Part shown: one piece after another, positions 35,773 to 49,967 of the stretch
How the letters are laid out: every line of letters begins with the position of its first letter
How positions within the stretch are numbered: position 1 is the first letter of the stretch
Notes under the pieces: model-generated
Seen by the model: the letters and a program-made list of their open reading frames with translations, nothing else
What the model was told of the DNA's origin: nothing
Databases searched by the model: none
Assembly: GCA_039815375.1 (NCBI GenBank)
Contig: JBCBZJ010000017.1
Location: 9,425-73,424 of the forward strand
DNA from: Verrucomicrobiota bacterium
GTDB lineage: Bacteria > Verrucomicrobiota > Verrucomicrobiia > Opitutales > Coraliomargaritaceae
DNA length: 64,000 nt
Direction: 5' to 3'
Translations under genes and position numbers: made by a program

Positions 35773-36456
35773 TTAGCGCTGCTGTTGATACATTTGCATT
35801 CGCTGCTGCCATTGTCCCGCAAGCTCGCTGCTTGACACTTGAGCAGCATAGCTTTCGAACGTGGCGCGATCGCCAGAAACATCTGCCTCTACGGCGAGAT
35901 GATAGGCGGCCTCAGCTCGGATGCTTTCAGGCAGTTTGATGTCAGCGGCAACCGAATTAAGCTGGCTCAGGCCTGCATCTTTGTCGCCTTTATAAAATGT
36001 CGAAAAAGCAAGTCCTAGTCTTGAGCGTCCATTCAAAACGTCGTTTTCGAGGGCTTCAGCAGCGATTGCGTAGTATTCTACTGCTTTATCAAAGTTGCCG
36101 CTTGTGTAGAACGTGTCACCAGCTGCAAGTGCGGCAAGTCCGCCCAATGTCTTGTTGCTGTATTCCTTTGCGAAGACTTCAAGCGCTTCGTTTGCCATCG
36201 CTTCCGCATAGGCCTCCTGGAGTTTGGCGTCGGAATGCTGTGCGTAAATGCGCATTCCATTCAGTCCGATAATGACCAGAGCGATTACTGTGATGCAGCC
36301 CGAGATGAAGGCCTTATTCTCGACCCAGTACATGTGGATACGATCTTCAACTGAGATGTCCTCGGACTCTTCCGCATCGATCAGATTGCGCTCATCGATC
36401 TGCTGATCCTCCGGAAGGGTTGGGTTCTTGATTTTGTTTTTCTGTGGGCGGTTCAT
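35773..36456 (-). CDS. Membrane-anchored TPR protein (YfgM-like)
   Basis: W.ENK motif before a single TM segment, then TPR-like helices. Confidence 0.7.
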   Translation of the reverse strand: MNRPQKNKIKNPTLPEDQQIDERNLIDAEESEDISVEDRIHMYWVENKAFISGCITVIALVIIGLNGMRIYAQHSDAKLQEAYAEAMANEALEVFAKEYSNKTLGGLAALAAGDTFYTSGNFDKAVEYYAIAAEALENDVLNGRSRLGLAFSTFYKGDKDAGLSQLNSVAADIKLPESIRAEAAYHLAVEADVSGDRATFESYAAQVSSSELAGQWQQRMQMYQQQR

Positions 36457-36513
36457 TCTTGAGTGATGGTAAAGGTTTGAATGGTGTTACTTGGAATGAG
36501 CAAAACAGCTCTT

Positions 36514-37368
36514 CTAATCAAAGACGACAGTCTTGTTATTGTAAACGAGTATACGGTTGTCGAGATGGAGGCGGATGGCTTGGGCAAATACGGACTTTTC
36601 CAAATCTTTGCCCTTTCGGATGAGATCCGGAATCGCGTTACGGTGATTCACTCGGGTGACGTCTTGGTGGATGATCGGGCCCTCGTCAAGATCGGCGGTT
36701 GCGTAGTGTGCGGTTGCGCCAATCAGTTTTACTCCGCGAGCATGAGCCTGATGGTAGGGCTTGCCTCCCGCGAATGCCGGAAGGAACGAGTGATGGATAT
36801 TAATTACCGGGCAACCCACGTTAGACAGGAACGCATCCGACAGCACCTGCATGTAGCGGGCCATGACGACCAGATCGCAGCCGTGCTCCTTGACGTATTT
36901 GATCTGCTCCGCTTCGGCAGCTTGTTTGGTTTCTTTGCTTACTGGAACATGGTAAAAGGGTAGGCCATAGGTGGCGGCGTCGCCCTTGAGTGATTCGTGG
37001 TTTGAAACGACACAGGCCAATTCGCCACACATCTCTCCGGCACGAAAGCGCAGAATCGTGTCGTGAAAGCAATGCTCGGTCTTGGAAACAAAAAGCGCAA
37101 CTTTCGGACGATCGCTGGAGAGTGCAACTTTGGTGTTCAGGCCAAGGTCTTCTTTCGCGAATTTCTCAAACGAAGCAGCTTCATCATGAGTCTCTCCCGA
37201 GGGTGACCACTCGATGCGCTGAAAGAAAATGCCAGCGCCTTGATCCTCATGTTGATCTGCGTGGATGATGTTGCTGCCACGCAGAAATATCCAACTGGAG
37301 ACCCTCGAAACGAGACCCGGTTGATCCGGCCCATATAAGAGAGCAATGATGGTAGGCGCTTTCATCAA
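36514..37368 (-). CDS. purU: Formyltetrahydrofolate deformylase
   Basis: ACT domain PDQPGLV, ARYMQVLS, INIHHSFLPAF.G.KPY, GVKLIGATAHY, NKTVVF. Confidence 0.97.
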   Translation of the reverse strand: MMKAPTIIALLYGPDQPGLVSRVSSWIFLRGSNIIHADQHEDQGAGIFFQRIEWSPSGETHDEAASFEKFAKEDLGLNTKVALSSDRPKVALFVSKTEHCFHDTILRFRAGEMCGELACVVSNHESLKGDAATYGLPFYHVPVSKETKQAAEAEQIKYVKEHGCDLVVMARYMQVLSDAFLSNVGCPVINIHHSFLPAFAGGKPYHQAHARGVKLIGATAHYATADLDEGPIIHQDVTRVNHRNAIPDLIRKGKDLEKSVFAQAIRLHLDNRILVYNNKTVVFD

Positions 37369-40605
<3,237 letters not shown>

Positions 40606-40732
40606 AAAATTCCGGTGAGGGTGGATGTTTTAAACGGCCATGCAAGCATGAACACCTTGGTGGCGAGGTAGCTGTTTTTCGCGTCGCCTTGTCGCACTTC
40701 CTAAACCTATTATAGTCTGAAATCTCCAATTT

Positions 40733-42334
40733 ATGTCACGAAGTAAGAAACCTGTTATCATTGTCGCGATCGCCTTTGGTGCTATTATTTTCCTACCGAT
40801 CATTCTTCTAATGATTTCGAGAATCGGAGGCGGTGGCGGTACTGTTTCGCCCGGCGTTATAGATTCGCCACCTGTAGGTAATGCCGAGGTGGTCGATTTC
40901 GATCTCAGTCAAATTGCAGAGAAAGCTGAGAAGCTTCTCTCCGAGGATCTCGCAGATGCTCTCCGAAAAGGTGACATTTCTTTGGATTTTATGGCTGGCT
41001 TGAAGAAAGAGGCGGATAAGGCACGCGAGGATATGCGCGATGGAAAACTACGGCGAGCGAAGGAACGCTACGCTTCAGTCGTGGATACTGCCGAAGGCGA
41101 GTTAGCAACAATTGCTGCAGCTGATCGAGCACGCGCGTTGAAGGACGCAACCTACGAGGAACTTCAGCGTTTGGACTTCCTGCGCTCGGCTTTCGAAAAC
41201 ACATATCGCGAAGCAGTTGAAAACTACAACAAAGCGCTACGCGGAATGGAATCGGGTGATTATGTTCAGAGCGTGGCCGATTTTGAGTTGGCGGGTGCCA
41301 TCCTCGGGGATCTTGAGGCACGCTCCATACAACAAATCGCAAACTTACTCGAAGCAGCTCAAATTTCTCTCGAGAAATATGAGCTCAAGTCGGCTCGGCA
41401 GGCCTACGAGGCGGTTCTCGATATTGATACTGCCAACGCTGACGCGACAGAAGGCCTGACAATGATCAGCGCGCTGGAAGGGATTGCCGAGCAAGTCAAA
41501 GCCATCCGTGCCCTTGAGGATGCCGGGCAGCTCGAAGAAGCCCTTGCTGCGCTGGAAAGCCTTTCGGCCGAACAGCCGAACAATCCATTCATTAGAAATC
41601 AGCGCGCTTCGATTGAAGCACGTATTCTCGAGAACGAGTTTAAGGCTTTAGTTGATAGCTCGGTGCAGGCTGAAACGGCGGGTGATTTAGAGAAAGCTAT
41701 TACTGAACTTGAAGCGGCCTTGAAGCTAAAGTCCGACCCGACTCAACAGGCACGCCTTGCCAAACTAGAGGAGCAGTATAAGGCTGCCCGTCTCGAGATG
41801 CTCCTCGCCGACGGCTTTCAGGCGCTCAAGGACGGACGTTACGAAGCGGCTCGCAACCTTTACAAAGAAGCAGTTGCCCTCAATCCGGAATCCAAGGAAG
41901 CACGCACCGGTCTGGAAAAAGCCTCCAGCCTCTACCTTGCGAATATTCGCTACAGTCAGAATATAAAAGGCGCTGAGCGCTATATCAAAGAAGGGCGCTA
42001 CCCGCTTGCTGCGAAACTTTTTAACGAGGCCATGACCAGTCGACCTGCCACGATCGTGGCAGCGCAGCTCCAGAAGGAAAGTCAGATCCGCAGCACGCTT
42101 GAAGCTCAAAGCAAGGAAGTCCCGGTAGAAATCACCTCTGATGGGCGCACTTACGTTAGTATCATCGGAGTATTGCCTCCGAAGCGTCTGAAATCGTCGG
42201 ACCTTACTCTCTTTCCTGATGTCTATAAAGTTCGAGGGACACGCAAAGGCTATTCCGATGTCGAATTCGACCTGAAAGTTGATGCGACGCTTGGACGCCA
42301 GGCCATCAATGTTCAATGCACACAAAAAATTTAA
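40733..42334 (+). CDS. Membrane-anchored TPR/helical protein with C-terminal PEGA-like beta domain
   Basis: N-terminal TM segment, TPR-like repeats (YEAARNLYKEAVALNPESKEARTGL), C-terminal SDG.T.V...L.P..Y...GTRKGY.DV...C. Confidence 0.7.
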   Translation: MSRSKKPVIIVAIAFGAIIFLPIILLMISRIGGGGGTVSPGVIDSPPVGNAEVVDFDLSQIAEKAEKLLSEDLADALRKGDISLDFMAGLKKEADKAREDMRDGKLRRAKERYASVVDTAEGELATIAAADRARALKDATYEELQRLDFLRSAFENTYREAVENYNKALRGMESGDYVQSVADFELAGAILGDLEARSIQQIANLLEAAQISLEKYELKSARQAYEAVLDIDTANADATEGLTMISALEGIAEQVKAIRALEDAGQLEEALAALESLSAEQPNNPFIRNQRASIEARILENEFKALVDSSVQAETAGDLEKAITELEAALKLKSDPTQQARLAKLEEQYKAARLEMLLADGFQALKDGRYEAARNLYKEAVALNPESKEARTGLEKASSLYLANIRYSQNIKGAERYIKEGRYPLAAKLFNEAMTSRPATIVAAQLQKESQIRSTLEAQSKEVPVEITSDGRTYVSIIGVLPPKRLKSSDLTLFPDVYKVRGTRKGYSDVEFDLKVDATLGRQAINVQCTQKI

Positions 42335-42999
42335 CCTACGCCGCGTTTATGCTGGTAATTTTACCGGCACTTTCCTTCTCGGCAACGGACCCGGACATCT
42401 TTGATGGTCGTGCCATCCGGCAGCAGGCCGCGAGCAGTGCCGCTTCGCAGGACCAGGGTGGGAGTGAAAATTCCAGTCAACCCGAAGGCAGTCAGGCTCA
42501 GAGCTCCAGCGATACGGCTTCGGAAAGTGCCGGTCGTGATTTTTCTGAAATCGGCCAGGCCGGCGGTGGGCAGCCTGTTTCTTCGCCCGCAACCGGCGAA
42601 GCTGTGAGCGGCAGCGCCTCGTCCAGTGGCCAGGCTCCCATTGCCGATTCTACGCAAGCCTCCGGTTCTCCCTCTGGAGGCAGTCCAGCCAGCCAACAAG
42701 TAAGCGAAGGAAACGAAGCTTCCTCGAGCGCATCAAGTTCCGGTAACGGCGAACCTCGCAACTTTGAGGACATCGGTACCATTGGCGGTGGTAGCTCTAG
42801 CCAAGGCGTCAGCGTGAATTCTTCCAAAGCTTCTCCGATACCACCGAGCACGAGCACGCCCGCATCGACTTCGACTTCTGCGTCATCGAGCCAGAGCGAC
42901 CAGACGAATCAAAGTAGTGGTTCTGGTGGCAGCGGCTCACAGCCAACCACTGGCAGCGGCCAGGGTGACTTCGGTAACACGCTCCCCTCCGGAATATGA
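42316..42999 (+). CDS. Secreted Ser/Gly-rich low-complexity protein
   Basis: Signal peptide; overlaps both neighbours; internal repeat R(D/N)F.(E/D)IG..GGG. Confidence 0.65.
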   Translation: MHTKNLTYAAFMLVILPALSFSATDPDIFDGRAIRQQAASSAASQDQGGSENSSQPEGSQAQSSSDTASESAGRDFSEIGQAGGGQPVSSPATGEAVSGSASSSGQAPIADSTQASGSPSGGSPASQQVSEGNEASSSASSSGNGEPRNFEDIGTIGGGSSSQGVSVNSSKASPIPPSTSTPASTSTSASSSQSDQTNQSSGSGGSGSQPTTGSGQGDFGNTLPSGI

Positions 43000-43469
43000 A
43001 AAGTCTCACGTCCATCTTTGTCCTATCCATTTGCCTGACACCTTTTGCTTCTGCCGTTCGTGTGATTGAGGAGGAGGCGATTCCTTTTACATCCTTTCTT
43101 TCAAAGGCAGATTTCGACCTTCGTTATCCAGGCAAAGAAGTATCCGACCTATCGACGATTGATCCCGGTTGGTATGTGATCTACGAGCACGAATCGATCA
43201 GCTACTATTTTGGACCGATTCTCCTGCAGTCGACCGGTGAAGATTATCTCTCTCAACTAGAAGGAACGGTCGAAGCCGCCGTGGCACAACGGCCCTCGAT
43301 TCAGGATTACCGCCTGGAGCTCAGTTACGAGCCGAACCAGGTTAACAGCCAGCCTCCGGCTTCCTCAGGCGGCAGCAGCAGTTCAAATTCATCGGGTGGT
43401 TCCGGCTCCCCGCAACCAGCACCGCAATCTGGTATCTGGGGCTTCTTCCGTCGTCTTTTTGGCTTCTAG
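42996..43469 (+). CDS. Secreted hypothetical protein
   Basis: Signal peptide ending ASA; ATGA overlap; amphipathic C-terminus IWGFFRRLFGF. Confidence 0.7.
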   Translation: MKSLTSIFVLSICLTPFASAVRVIEEEAIPFTSFLSKADFDLRYPGKEVSDLSTIDPGWYVIYEHESISYYFGPILLQSTGEDYLSQLEGTVEAAVAQRPSIQDYRLELSYEPNQVNSQPPASSGGSSSSNSSGGSGSPQPAPQSGIWGFFRRLFGF

Positions 43470-43583
43470 TTCAAGTAATTCGTTTTTTGCGGTATATCCT
43501 GCGAGGTCATTTTTTAGGTCGAAGGTTTTGATTGAATTGTAGGTATCTTTGCCAGATAAGACTGACGCGAAAAACTGACTACC

Positions 43584-43910
43584 ATGAACCAATCTTTCCT
43601 AAGCTCTGAAGGGCGGATCAGCCGCCCAATCTACATTGTTCGAATTGTCCTATTGGCATTGCTTACCGCAGCGATTTCAAAGGTAGCTATCGATTATTTC
43701 AACGAATGGCACAAAGGGCATTACGCACCTCTAGGGATATTTGTGACGATAGTTACTTCCATCATTTGTGGTTTCATTGGCATGATGCAGTTGATCAAGC
43801 GCCTTCATGACATGGGCAAGGGCCCCTTTCTGGCTGTCCTACTGATTGTCCCCGGCGCTAACGTCCTGCTTCTACTCTATGCTGCAATTGCACCTGCTGC
43901 GAAAGATTAG
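43584..43910 (+). CDS. DUF805 family membrane protein
   Basis: EGRISR..Y and IKRLHDMGK motifs, three TM segments. Confidence 0.88.
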   Translation: MNQSFLSSEGRISRPIYIVRIVLLALLTAAISKVAIDYFNEWHKGHYAPLGIFVTIVTSIICGFIGMMQLIKRLHDMGKGPFLAVLLIVPGANVLLLLYAAIAPAAKD

Positions 43911-43925
43911 TTGTGAGGTAACAAG

Positions 43926-44393
43926 TTAATCGGATTTAGGAACCCAGCGCTCGATCGTGAAGTCGTTATTTTCCTGAACGACCTCTGCCAGTTCAAATTG
44001 ATCCTCAAATCTGGGAAAGAAGGTATCACCTTCCACTGTGCGATGCACCCGGGTGATGAATAACTCATCGCAGAAATCCAGAGTCTGCCGATAGATCTCT
44101 GCGCCACCTGCGATCCAGACTGTTTTTTCAGTTTCGAAGTGTTGAAGCATTTCGAGATCGGTGAAGCTGTGCACTCCGGGAATGGCTTGAGGTTTCCGGC
44201 TGAGCACAAAAGTGTCACGTCCGGGCAAGGGCTTGCCTATACTGTCGTAAGTCTTACGCCCCATCACGAGGATACCACCCATCGTCGTCTTTTTGAACCA
44301 CTTAAAATCCTCGGGCAGGTGCCAGGGGATGTCGCCAGCGTTGCCGATCACACGGTTCTCCGCCATCGCGGCGATCGCCTTAAAAGCTTTCAT
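43926..44393 (-). CDS. folA: Dihydrofolate reductase
   Basis: [35 protein letters not shown]. Confidence 0.97.
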   Translation of the reverse strand: MKAFKAIAAMAENRVIGNAGDIPWHLPEDFKWFKKTTMGGILVMGRKTYDSIGKPLPGRDTFVLSRKPQAIPGVHSFTDLEMLQHFETEKTVWIAGGAEIYRQTLDFCDELFITRVHRTVEGDTFFPRFEDQFELAEVVQENNDFTIERWVPKSD

Positions 44394-45184
44394 ACCGCGA
44401 TAGGAGCCTTAATGGCAGGGTGTGGCTCATAGTTGACCAGTTCGAAGTCTTCATACTTGAAGCCATCGATGGTTTTGACTGCAGGGTTGATCTTCATCTG
44501 CGGTTCGCTTCGAGGACTGCGCGAGAGTTGCTCTTTTGCCTGATCAACATGGTTTGCGTAGAGGTGTAGGTCACCGAAGGTATGGACAAACTCTTTCGGT
44601 TTCAGCCCGCAGACTTGCGCCACCATCATGGTGAGTAGTGCATAAGAGGCGATGTTGAAGGGAACGCCGAGGAAGATGTCAGCGCTGCGTTGGTAGAGCT
44701 GGCAGCTGAGCTCACCGTTGGCCACATAGAATTGGAAGAGGGCATGGCAGGGGGGTAGGGCCATGTGCCTGATTTCGCCCGGATTCCACGCGCAGACGAT
44801 GTGGCGGCGGCTGTCCGGGTTGTTCCTGAGGGAGTCAATGACTTCGGTCAGCTGGTCGACTCTTTCACCATCGGGGGCAGCCCAGTCTCTCCACTGAGCA
44901 CCATAGACGCGACCGAGGTTGCCCTCCTCGTCAGCCCATTCGTCCCAAATGGAAACTTTATTCTCCTTGAGATAGCCAATATTGGTATTGCCCTGAATAA
45001 ACCAAAGTAGCTCATGAATGATCGAACGCAGATGGAGCTTTTTCGTCGTCAGCAGAGGGAAGTTTGGGTCGAGCGAGAATCGCGTTTGAGCACCAAAGAT
45101 AGAGTAGGTTCCTGTCCCGGTTCTGTCGTCTCGGTAGGTGCCGTTTTCGAGAACGGTTCGGAGTAGATCAAGGTAGGTTTTCAT
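44390..45184 (-). CDS. thyA: Thymidylate synthase
   Basis: [40 protein letters not shown]. Confidence 0.98.
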   Translation of the reverse strand: MKTYLDLLRTVLENGTYRDDRTGTGTYSIFGAQTRFSLDPNFPLLTTKKLHLRSIIHELLWFIQGNTNIGYLKENKVSIWDEWADEEGNLGRVYGAQWRDWAAPDGERVDQLTEVIDSLRNNPDSRRHIVCAWNPGEIRHMALPPCHALFQFYVANGELSCQLYQRSADIFLGVPFNIASYALLTMMVAQVCGLKPKEFVHTFGDLHLYANHVDQAKEQLSRSPRSEPQMKINPAVKTIDGFKYEDFELVNYEPHPAIKAPIAV

Positions 45185-45355
45185 TCGCTCCAGAGGCTTG
45201 GCTGATGCTGGGAGTTGTCAAACTCAAGCAGGGCTGAGCGAGGTATTGAACTTAAAAAAAAAGTAATTTTATGGAAAGTTCTGGCGAGCTTGGGGTATTA
45301 CATCTGTAGAACTTACACGAAAATCCCTTAGAAGCCCTGCTTTCAATCCAACCCG

Positions 45356-46936
45356 ATGTTCCGCAATTTGCTCATTCATTTTCTTTGCTCTGCTTGTCTG
45401 GTCTTTTCTGCATCCGCGCAAACGTCGCAACCCGAGACCGAGACCGAGCCAGAGCCAGCCGAAATGATCCGCCTTGAGGTAGCGCTGGATCGTGCACTCG
45501 CGAATAATTTGGGCCTCGCAACGCAGCGCTTTGCCGTGGCTAATGCAGAAGACGATATCGAGGTTCAGGAGGCGGTTTTCGACGTTGAGCTCTTTGGTAA
45601 TACGAACTATTCCGAGAGTGTGGCGGCAGCACGAACCAGCGGTTTGGACGATGCCGATATACCAGAGAGCGAAACGCGGAATGCCAGTATTGGTTTTGAT
45701 CAGCGCTTGAGCACCGGTGCGACAGTCACAGTGGATTCAGGGCTACGGCGCCGTGAATCGAACAACAACTCGGTTCGTAATCCAGACTACTTTGGCGATG
45801 TCGGTATTTCTGTGAATCAACCTTTACTAAAGGATGCTTGGAAAAAGATAAATCTCGCACCAATTGCGCGGGCTCGGGTGAGCCGTGACATCTCGCTCTT
45901 TGAGCTCCGTTCGGACGTCTTGGATTTGTTGCGTGAGTCTGAGCTGGCCTACTGGGATCTGGCCTATGCGAAAGCGGACCGTATGTTGATCGCTTCCAGT
46001 ATCGAGCTTGCGACCAACTTGCTTGAGGAGAACTCGGAGCGTCAAAGACTCGGACTTACGACATCCTTGGAAGTGCTTCAGGCTGAAAATGAATTGAATG
46101 ACCGGCAGGAAGATTTGCTACAGGCGGAACGGGAGATTTTCGAAGCGCTGGACGACTTGCTGGATTTGATGGGAGCCACCTCTTTTTTGCAACCGATAGA
46201 AAAAGATCTTGAGGTGGCTGCTTTGCCTCAGCAAATCCCGGTTTTGCGGCCCATTGAAGTGGTGCTTCGTGATGCGATCGATACGGATTTGGAAGCAAGT
46301 GCTCAGGAGCGAGCTATCGAAGTGCAAAAGATTAATCGTCTTTTAGCGGAGGATGAGATGCGGCCCGATCTTTCCCTGGTGGCGGGTGTCGCCTACAGTG
46401 GGCGCGACACCGCCGGTGACGAGGCTTTCTCAGGTGCGCTTGGGCGTGATGGCCGGGATTGGAATGTCGGTCTTCAGCTTCGCTTCCCCTGGGGCTTCCG
46501 TGAGGCCAAGGCACGACTGAGGCAGGCCGAGCGTGATTTGGAGCGGGAGACCTGGCTGCTCTACGAATTAAAACAGGACAAAGCCTTGGCCACCCGCACA
46601 GCCTGGCGAGCTGTAGACACGAGCTTGCGGCGTATCACTCTGACCCAGAAGTCGCTCGAGCTTAATCAGGAAGCATTTGAACAGGAGCGCGCACGCTATG
46701 GCTCTGGCTTGGTCGCGTATCGGAATGTTTTGGAAGCGCAGCGAGACTTTGATTCTGCGAGGCGAGATCGACTCTCTGCTGTAATTGAGACGATGCGAGC
46801 TCAGGTGAATCTGAGCCGGATTGATGGGACAATTCTCGACCGAAACGGTTTCACCTGGGAACGACTCGATGAGCTCGCAACTCCACCCGAGCTTGATCAG
46901 CATCCGCTCGCTGAAGACCTTCAATCCGATTCATGA
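45356..46936 (+). CDS. TolC family outer-membrane efflux protein
   Basis: Signal peptide, ALANNLGL, QPLL, two OEP repeats (EVLQAE, NVLEAQ). Confidence 0.9.
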   Translation: MFRNLLIHFLCSACLVFSASAQTSQPETETEPEPAEMIRLEVALDRALANNLGLATQRFAVANAEDDIEVQEAVFDVELFGNTNYSESVAAARTSGLDDADIPESETRNASIGFDQRLSTGATVTVDSGLRRRESNNNSVRNPDYFGDVGISVNQPLLKDAWKKINLAPIARARVSRDISLFELRSDVLDLLRESELAYWDLAYAKADRMLIASSIELATNLLEENSERQRLGLTTSLEVLQAENELNDRQEDLLQAEREIFEALDDLLDLMGATSFLQPIEKDLEVAALPQQIPVLRPIEVVLRDAIDTDLEASAQERAIEVQKINRLLAEDEMRPDLSLVAGVAYSGRDTAGDEAFSGALGRDGRDWNVGLQLRFPWGFREAKARLRQAERDLERETWLLYELKQDKALATRTAWRAVDTSLRRITLTQKSLELNQEAFEQERARYGSGLVAYRNVLEAQRDFDSARRDRLSAVIETMRAQVNLSRIDGTILDRNGFTWERLDELATPPELDQHPLAEDLQSDS

Positions 46937-48021
46937 AAAGATTCTTAATTACAATCATCATTTTAGGTGCTCTTGGCTTTGGTGGCTATAAGGCCTACGA
47001 ATTCCTGGATACCAAGCAGCCCGAACAAACTGGACGATTTCGAACCGACACGGCCAAAGTGCGCGATCTCGAATCCGTCGTCAGTGCTACCGGGGAGGTT
47101 CTTCCTCTCCTGAGCAGTATTGTTAAGTCGGAGATTAGTGGTCGTATCCAAACTGTTTTTGCCGGTGAAGGCGATGAGGTGGCTAGGGACCAGATGCTCC
47201 TTGAGCTTGATCCAACCACCCTCAAAACCCGCGTCAGTGAAGCGCAACGCAGCTTGGAGGCAGAGCAGCTGCGGCTCGAAAAGTCGAAACGTAATTATGA
47301 GCGGCTTAAGGAACTCTTTGGGAAAGAGTTTATCGGAGAGCAGGAGTTCCTCGATGCTGAGACGGATTTCGAGCTTTCGAAGATCAATCTGGATATTGCT
47401 CAGGCTAGACTGGAGGAGGCGGAGGAGGATTTGTCGAAAACTGTCATCCGGGCACCACACGAGGGTATTCTTACTTTGATCGAGGTGGTTGAAGGCGAGG
47501 TTATTTCAGGAGCGACATCGGTTTCCAACGGCACCGAACTGATCACTGTGGCCCAACTGCGTGAGCTTTACATGGAGGCTAATATCAACGAGGTGGATGT
47601 AGAGCGCTTGCACCTCGGCCAGCCGGCCCGATTGACCTTTGATGCGATCCCGGACTTTGAGTTGATTGGTGAGATTGGTGAGATTGCTTTGTCGGCTCGG
47701 AGAGATGGAGACGTGCGTATTTTTCCGATCGAAGTGGTTTTCGCGGCTGAAAACACGCAAGTGCGACCTGGGATTAGTGCGACTGTAGATATTCCAATCG
47801 CAGCTGCAGCCCAGGCGATTTCGGTTTTGCTATCGGCCGTCTTTTACGACGACGAAGGTGGCGGCACATACGTTTATGTGGAGGATGGAAGTAGTTGGCA
47901 AAAGCGCTTTGTAACGGTCGGTATAAACAATCTGCAATACGTCGAGATTCAGGAAGGTCTTGAAGTTGGCGATGTAGTTGCGCTCAGTCGTCCCGCAAAG
48001 TTTCGGATCGGTGATGAATGA
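46933..48021 (+). CDS. MacA-like periplasmic adaptor subunit
   Basis: VSATGEV, KSEISGRI, IRAPHEG, INEVDV, VEIQEGLEVGD. Confidence 0.9.
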   Translation: MKRFLITIIILGALGFGGYKAYEFLDTKQPEQTGRFRTDTAKVRDLESVVSATGEVLPLLSSIVKSEISGRIQTVFAGEGDEVARDQMLLELDPTTLKTRVSEAQRSLEAEQLRLEKSKRNYERLKELFGKEFIGEQEFLDAETDFELSKINLDIAQARLEEAEEDLSKTVIRAPHEGILTLIEVVEGEVISGATSVSNGTELITVAQLRELYMEANINEVDVERLHLGQPARLTFDAIPDFELIGEIGEIALSARRDGDVRIFPIEVVFAAENTQVRPGISATVDIPIAAAAQAISVLLSAVFYDDEGGGTYVYVEDGSSWQKRFVTVGINNLQYVEIQEGLEVGDVVALSRPAKFRIGDE

Positions 48022-48706
48022 TTCTGAGAGCATTTTTAAGCTGAAGGGCATTCGCCGCACCTATGTGGTCGGCGACGAGGAAGTTCATGCCCTGGATGGG
48101 ATCGATTTACGCATCGATACGAGTGAGTTCATTGCTGTGATTGGGACTTCAGGTTCGGGCAAGTCCACTCTGATGCATGTGCTCGGCTTCATGGACACGC
48201 CAACTTCTGGAGAGATGCACTTTGAGCGTGAAGACGTTTCCAGTATTGATGGCGGTCGACGAGCTCGATTGCGGTCCAGTCGGATCGGCTTCGTATTTCA
48301 AGCCTTCAATCTGCTTCCGCGTTTGACGGTGGCTGCAAATGTTCAGCTCCCATTGACTTACAACCGTGACAAAGTCGATGATTCCCGTGGACTTGCGATG
48401 ACTGCACTGAAGCGAGTCGGTATGGAGCACCGTGCAAACCATACACCGAATCAGCTTTCCGGGGGTGAGCGTCAGCGGGTCGCGATCGCCCGCGCGTTGA
48501 TCAACAAGCCGCGCTTGATTCTGGCGGATGAGCCGACGGGAAATCTGGATACGAAAAATAGGGGCCTGATCATGGAGCTTTTTGCCTCACTTCTCGATGA
48601 GGGGATCACGCTGGCATTGGTCACGCACGATGACGAGGTGGCGCAGTTTGCGCAGCGCCGTATCCGTATGCAGGATGGGCTGATTGTGGAGGATAGTGCA
48701 TCATGA
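48014..48706 (+). CDS. MacB/LolD-type ABC transporter ATP-binding protein
   Basis: GTSGSGKST, LSGGERQRVAIARAL, DEPTGNLD, VTHD. Confidence 0.95.
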   Translation: MNDSESIFKLKGIRRTYVVGDEEVHALDGIDLRIDTSEFIAVIGTSGSGKSTLMHVLGFMDTPTSGEMHFEREDVSSIDGGRRARLRSSRIGFVFQAFNLLPRLTVAANVQLPLTYNRDKVDDSRGLAMTALKRVGMEHRANHTPNQLSGGERQRVAIARALINKPRLILADEPTGNLDTKNRGLIMELFASLLDEGITLALVTHDDEVAQFAQRRIRMQDGLIVEDSAS

Positions 48707-49950
48707 ATCCGATTGCAGATATAGCGACTGGGGCCCGCAATGGCCTACTTGAGATTTGGGCGAACAAGGTTCGTTCACTCCTTTCGATGAGCGGGATCGT
48801 GCTCGGGGTTGCCGCGCTTGTAGCCATGGTTGGTATTGTTCAAGGTATGCTCCAAAATATGCGTGCTTCTTTTGAGCGCAGTGGCGGTATTCTCAAAATC
48901 GAGGTTCAGGAAGCGGAGGCACCCGAATCGCAACAGCACATTGCAAGCATCTCACCAGGGCTAACTTGGCGCGATATCCTTGCCATCGAACGTGCAACTC
49001 CTCTGGCAGAATATATTACTCCCATAGTAGACATGAGATGGGAACGTTTCGTTGCCAACGGGAGACGAGAAGGTGGTTTGCTGCATGGCGTCACACCGGA
49101 TTTTATTTCGATTCAAAACCGAGAGCTCTCTCACGGACGTTTTATTTCGGAAACCGATATCATCCAGAAGAGTCCTGTCATTGTTCTGGGCGATCACGTA
49201 AAGAGTGATATCTTTCGTGATTTCGATACCGCAGTCGGTCAGCAAGTAAGGGTCAAAGGTGATGTCTATACTGTAGTCGGCCAGTTGGCCCCTGTTGATA
49301 ATAGCGGTCTAACCGGTGGACGTCGTTATAATTGGGAGTCGCGCTTGAATTTCATGCCTGCGACTACTGCAATGTCGCGCTATAAGGGGAGCGATGAGGT
49401 GGATAAGATCGAGATTCTTGCGGCGAACATCCAAGAACTGCCGGATTTGATTGCACAGGTCGAAAACACCCTGACGCAAACGCACCGCAGTATCCGGGAC
49501 TTTGAGATCGTCACGCAAGAAGAGCAGTTGGCCGAGATGAAGAAACTAGAGAACTCTTTCGTCTATTCGCTTGGTGGTATCGCCGGTATTTCTCTCCTTG
49601 TCGGTGGCATCGGTATAATGAATGTGATGTTGGCTTCGGTTAGCGAACGGATTCGGGAAATCGGTGTCCGTAAGGCGATTGGCGCGAGAAGCCACGATGT
49701 TTTTATCCAGTTCCTGGCCGAGGCGGTAGTGATTAGTATCCTGGGAGGACTTCTTGGTCTTGCTGCCAGCGTGGGCTTACTTGCGTTCGCCCGTGAGTTC
49801 ATCCCCGAAGGCAGCGGGATCAATGTTATGCCTCTGGTTGCGATGTTTTACGGCTTCCTCTTCAGCTCCGGGATTGGTCTCCTTTCAGGCATTTATCCAG
49901 CACTGCGGGCATCGCGACTGGACCCCATTGATGCCTTGCGCTACGAGTAA
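48703..49950 (+). CDS. MacB/FtsX-type ABC transporter permease
   Basis: NKVRSLLSM.GI..GV, GGIGIMNVMLASV.ER.REIG.RKAIGA, LDPIDALRYE. Confidence 0.95.
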   Translation: MNPIADIATGARNGLLEIWANKVRSLLSMSGIVLGVAALVAMVGIVQGMLQNMRASFERSGGILKIEVQEAEAPESQQHIASISPGLTWRDILAIERATPLAEYITPIVDMRWERFVANGRREGGLLHGVTPDFISIQNRELSHGRFISETDIIQKSPVIVLGDHVKSDIFRDFDTAVGQQVRVKGDVYTVVGQLAPVDNSGLTGGRRYNWESRLNFMPATTAMSRYKGSDEVDKIEILAANIQELPDLIAQVENTLTQTHRSIRDFEIVTQEEQLAEMKKLENSFVYSLGGIAGISLLVGGIGIMNVMLASVSERIREIGVRKAIGARSHDVFIQFLAEAVVISILGGLLGLAASVGLLAFAREFIPEGSGINVMPLVAMFYGFLFSSGIGLLSGIYPALRASRLDPIDALRYE

Positions 49951-49967
49951 GATAGTCTCTCTTTCGG

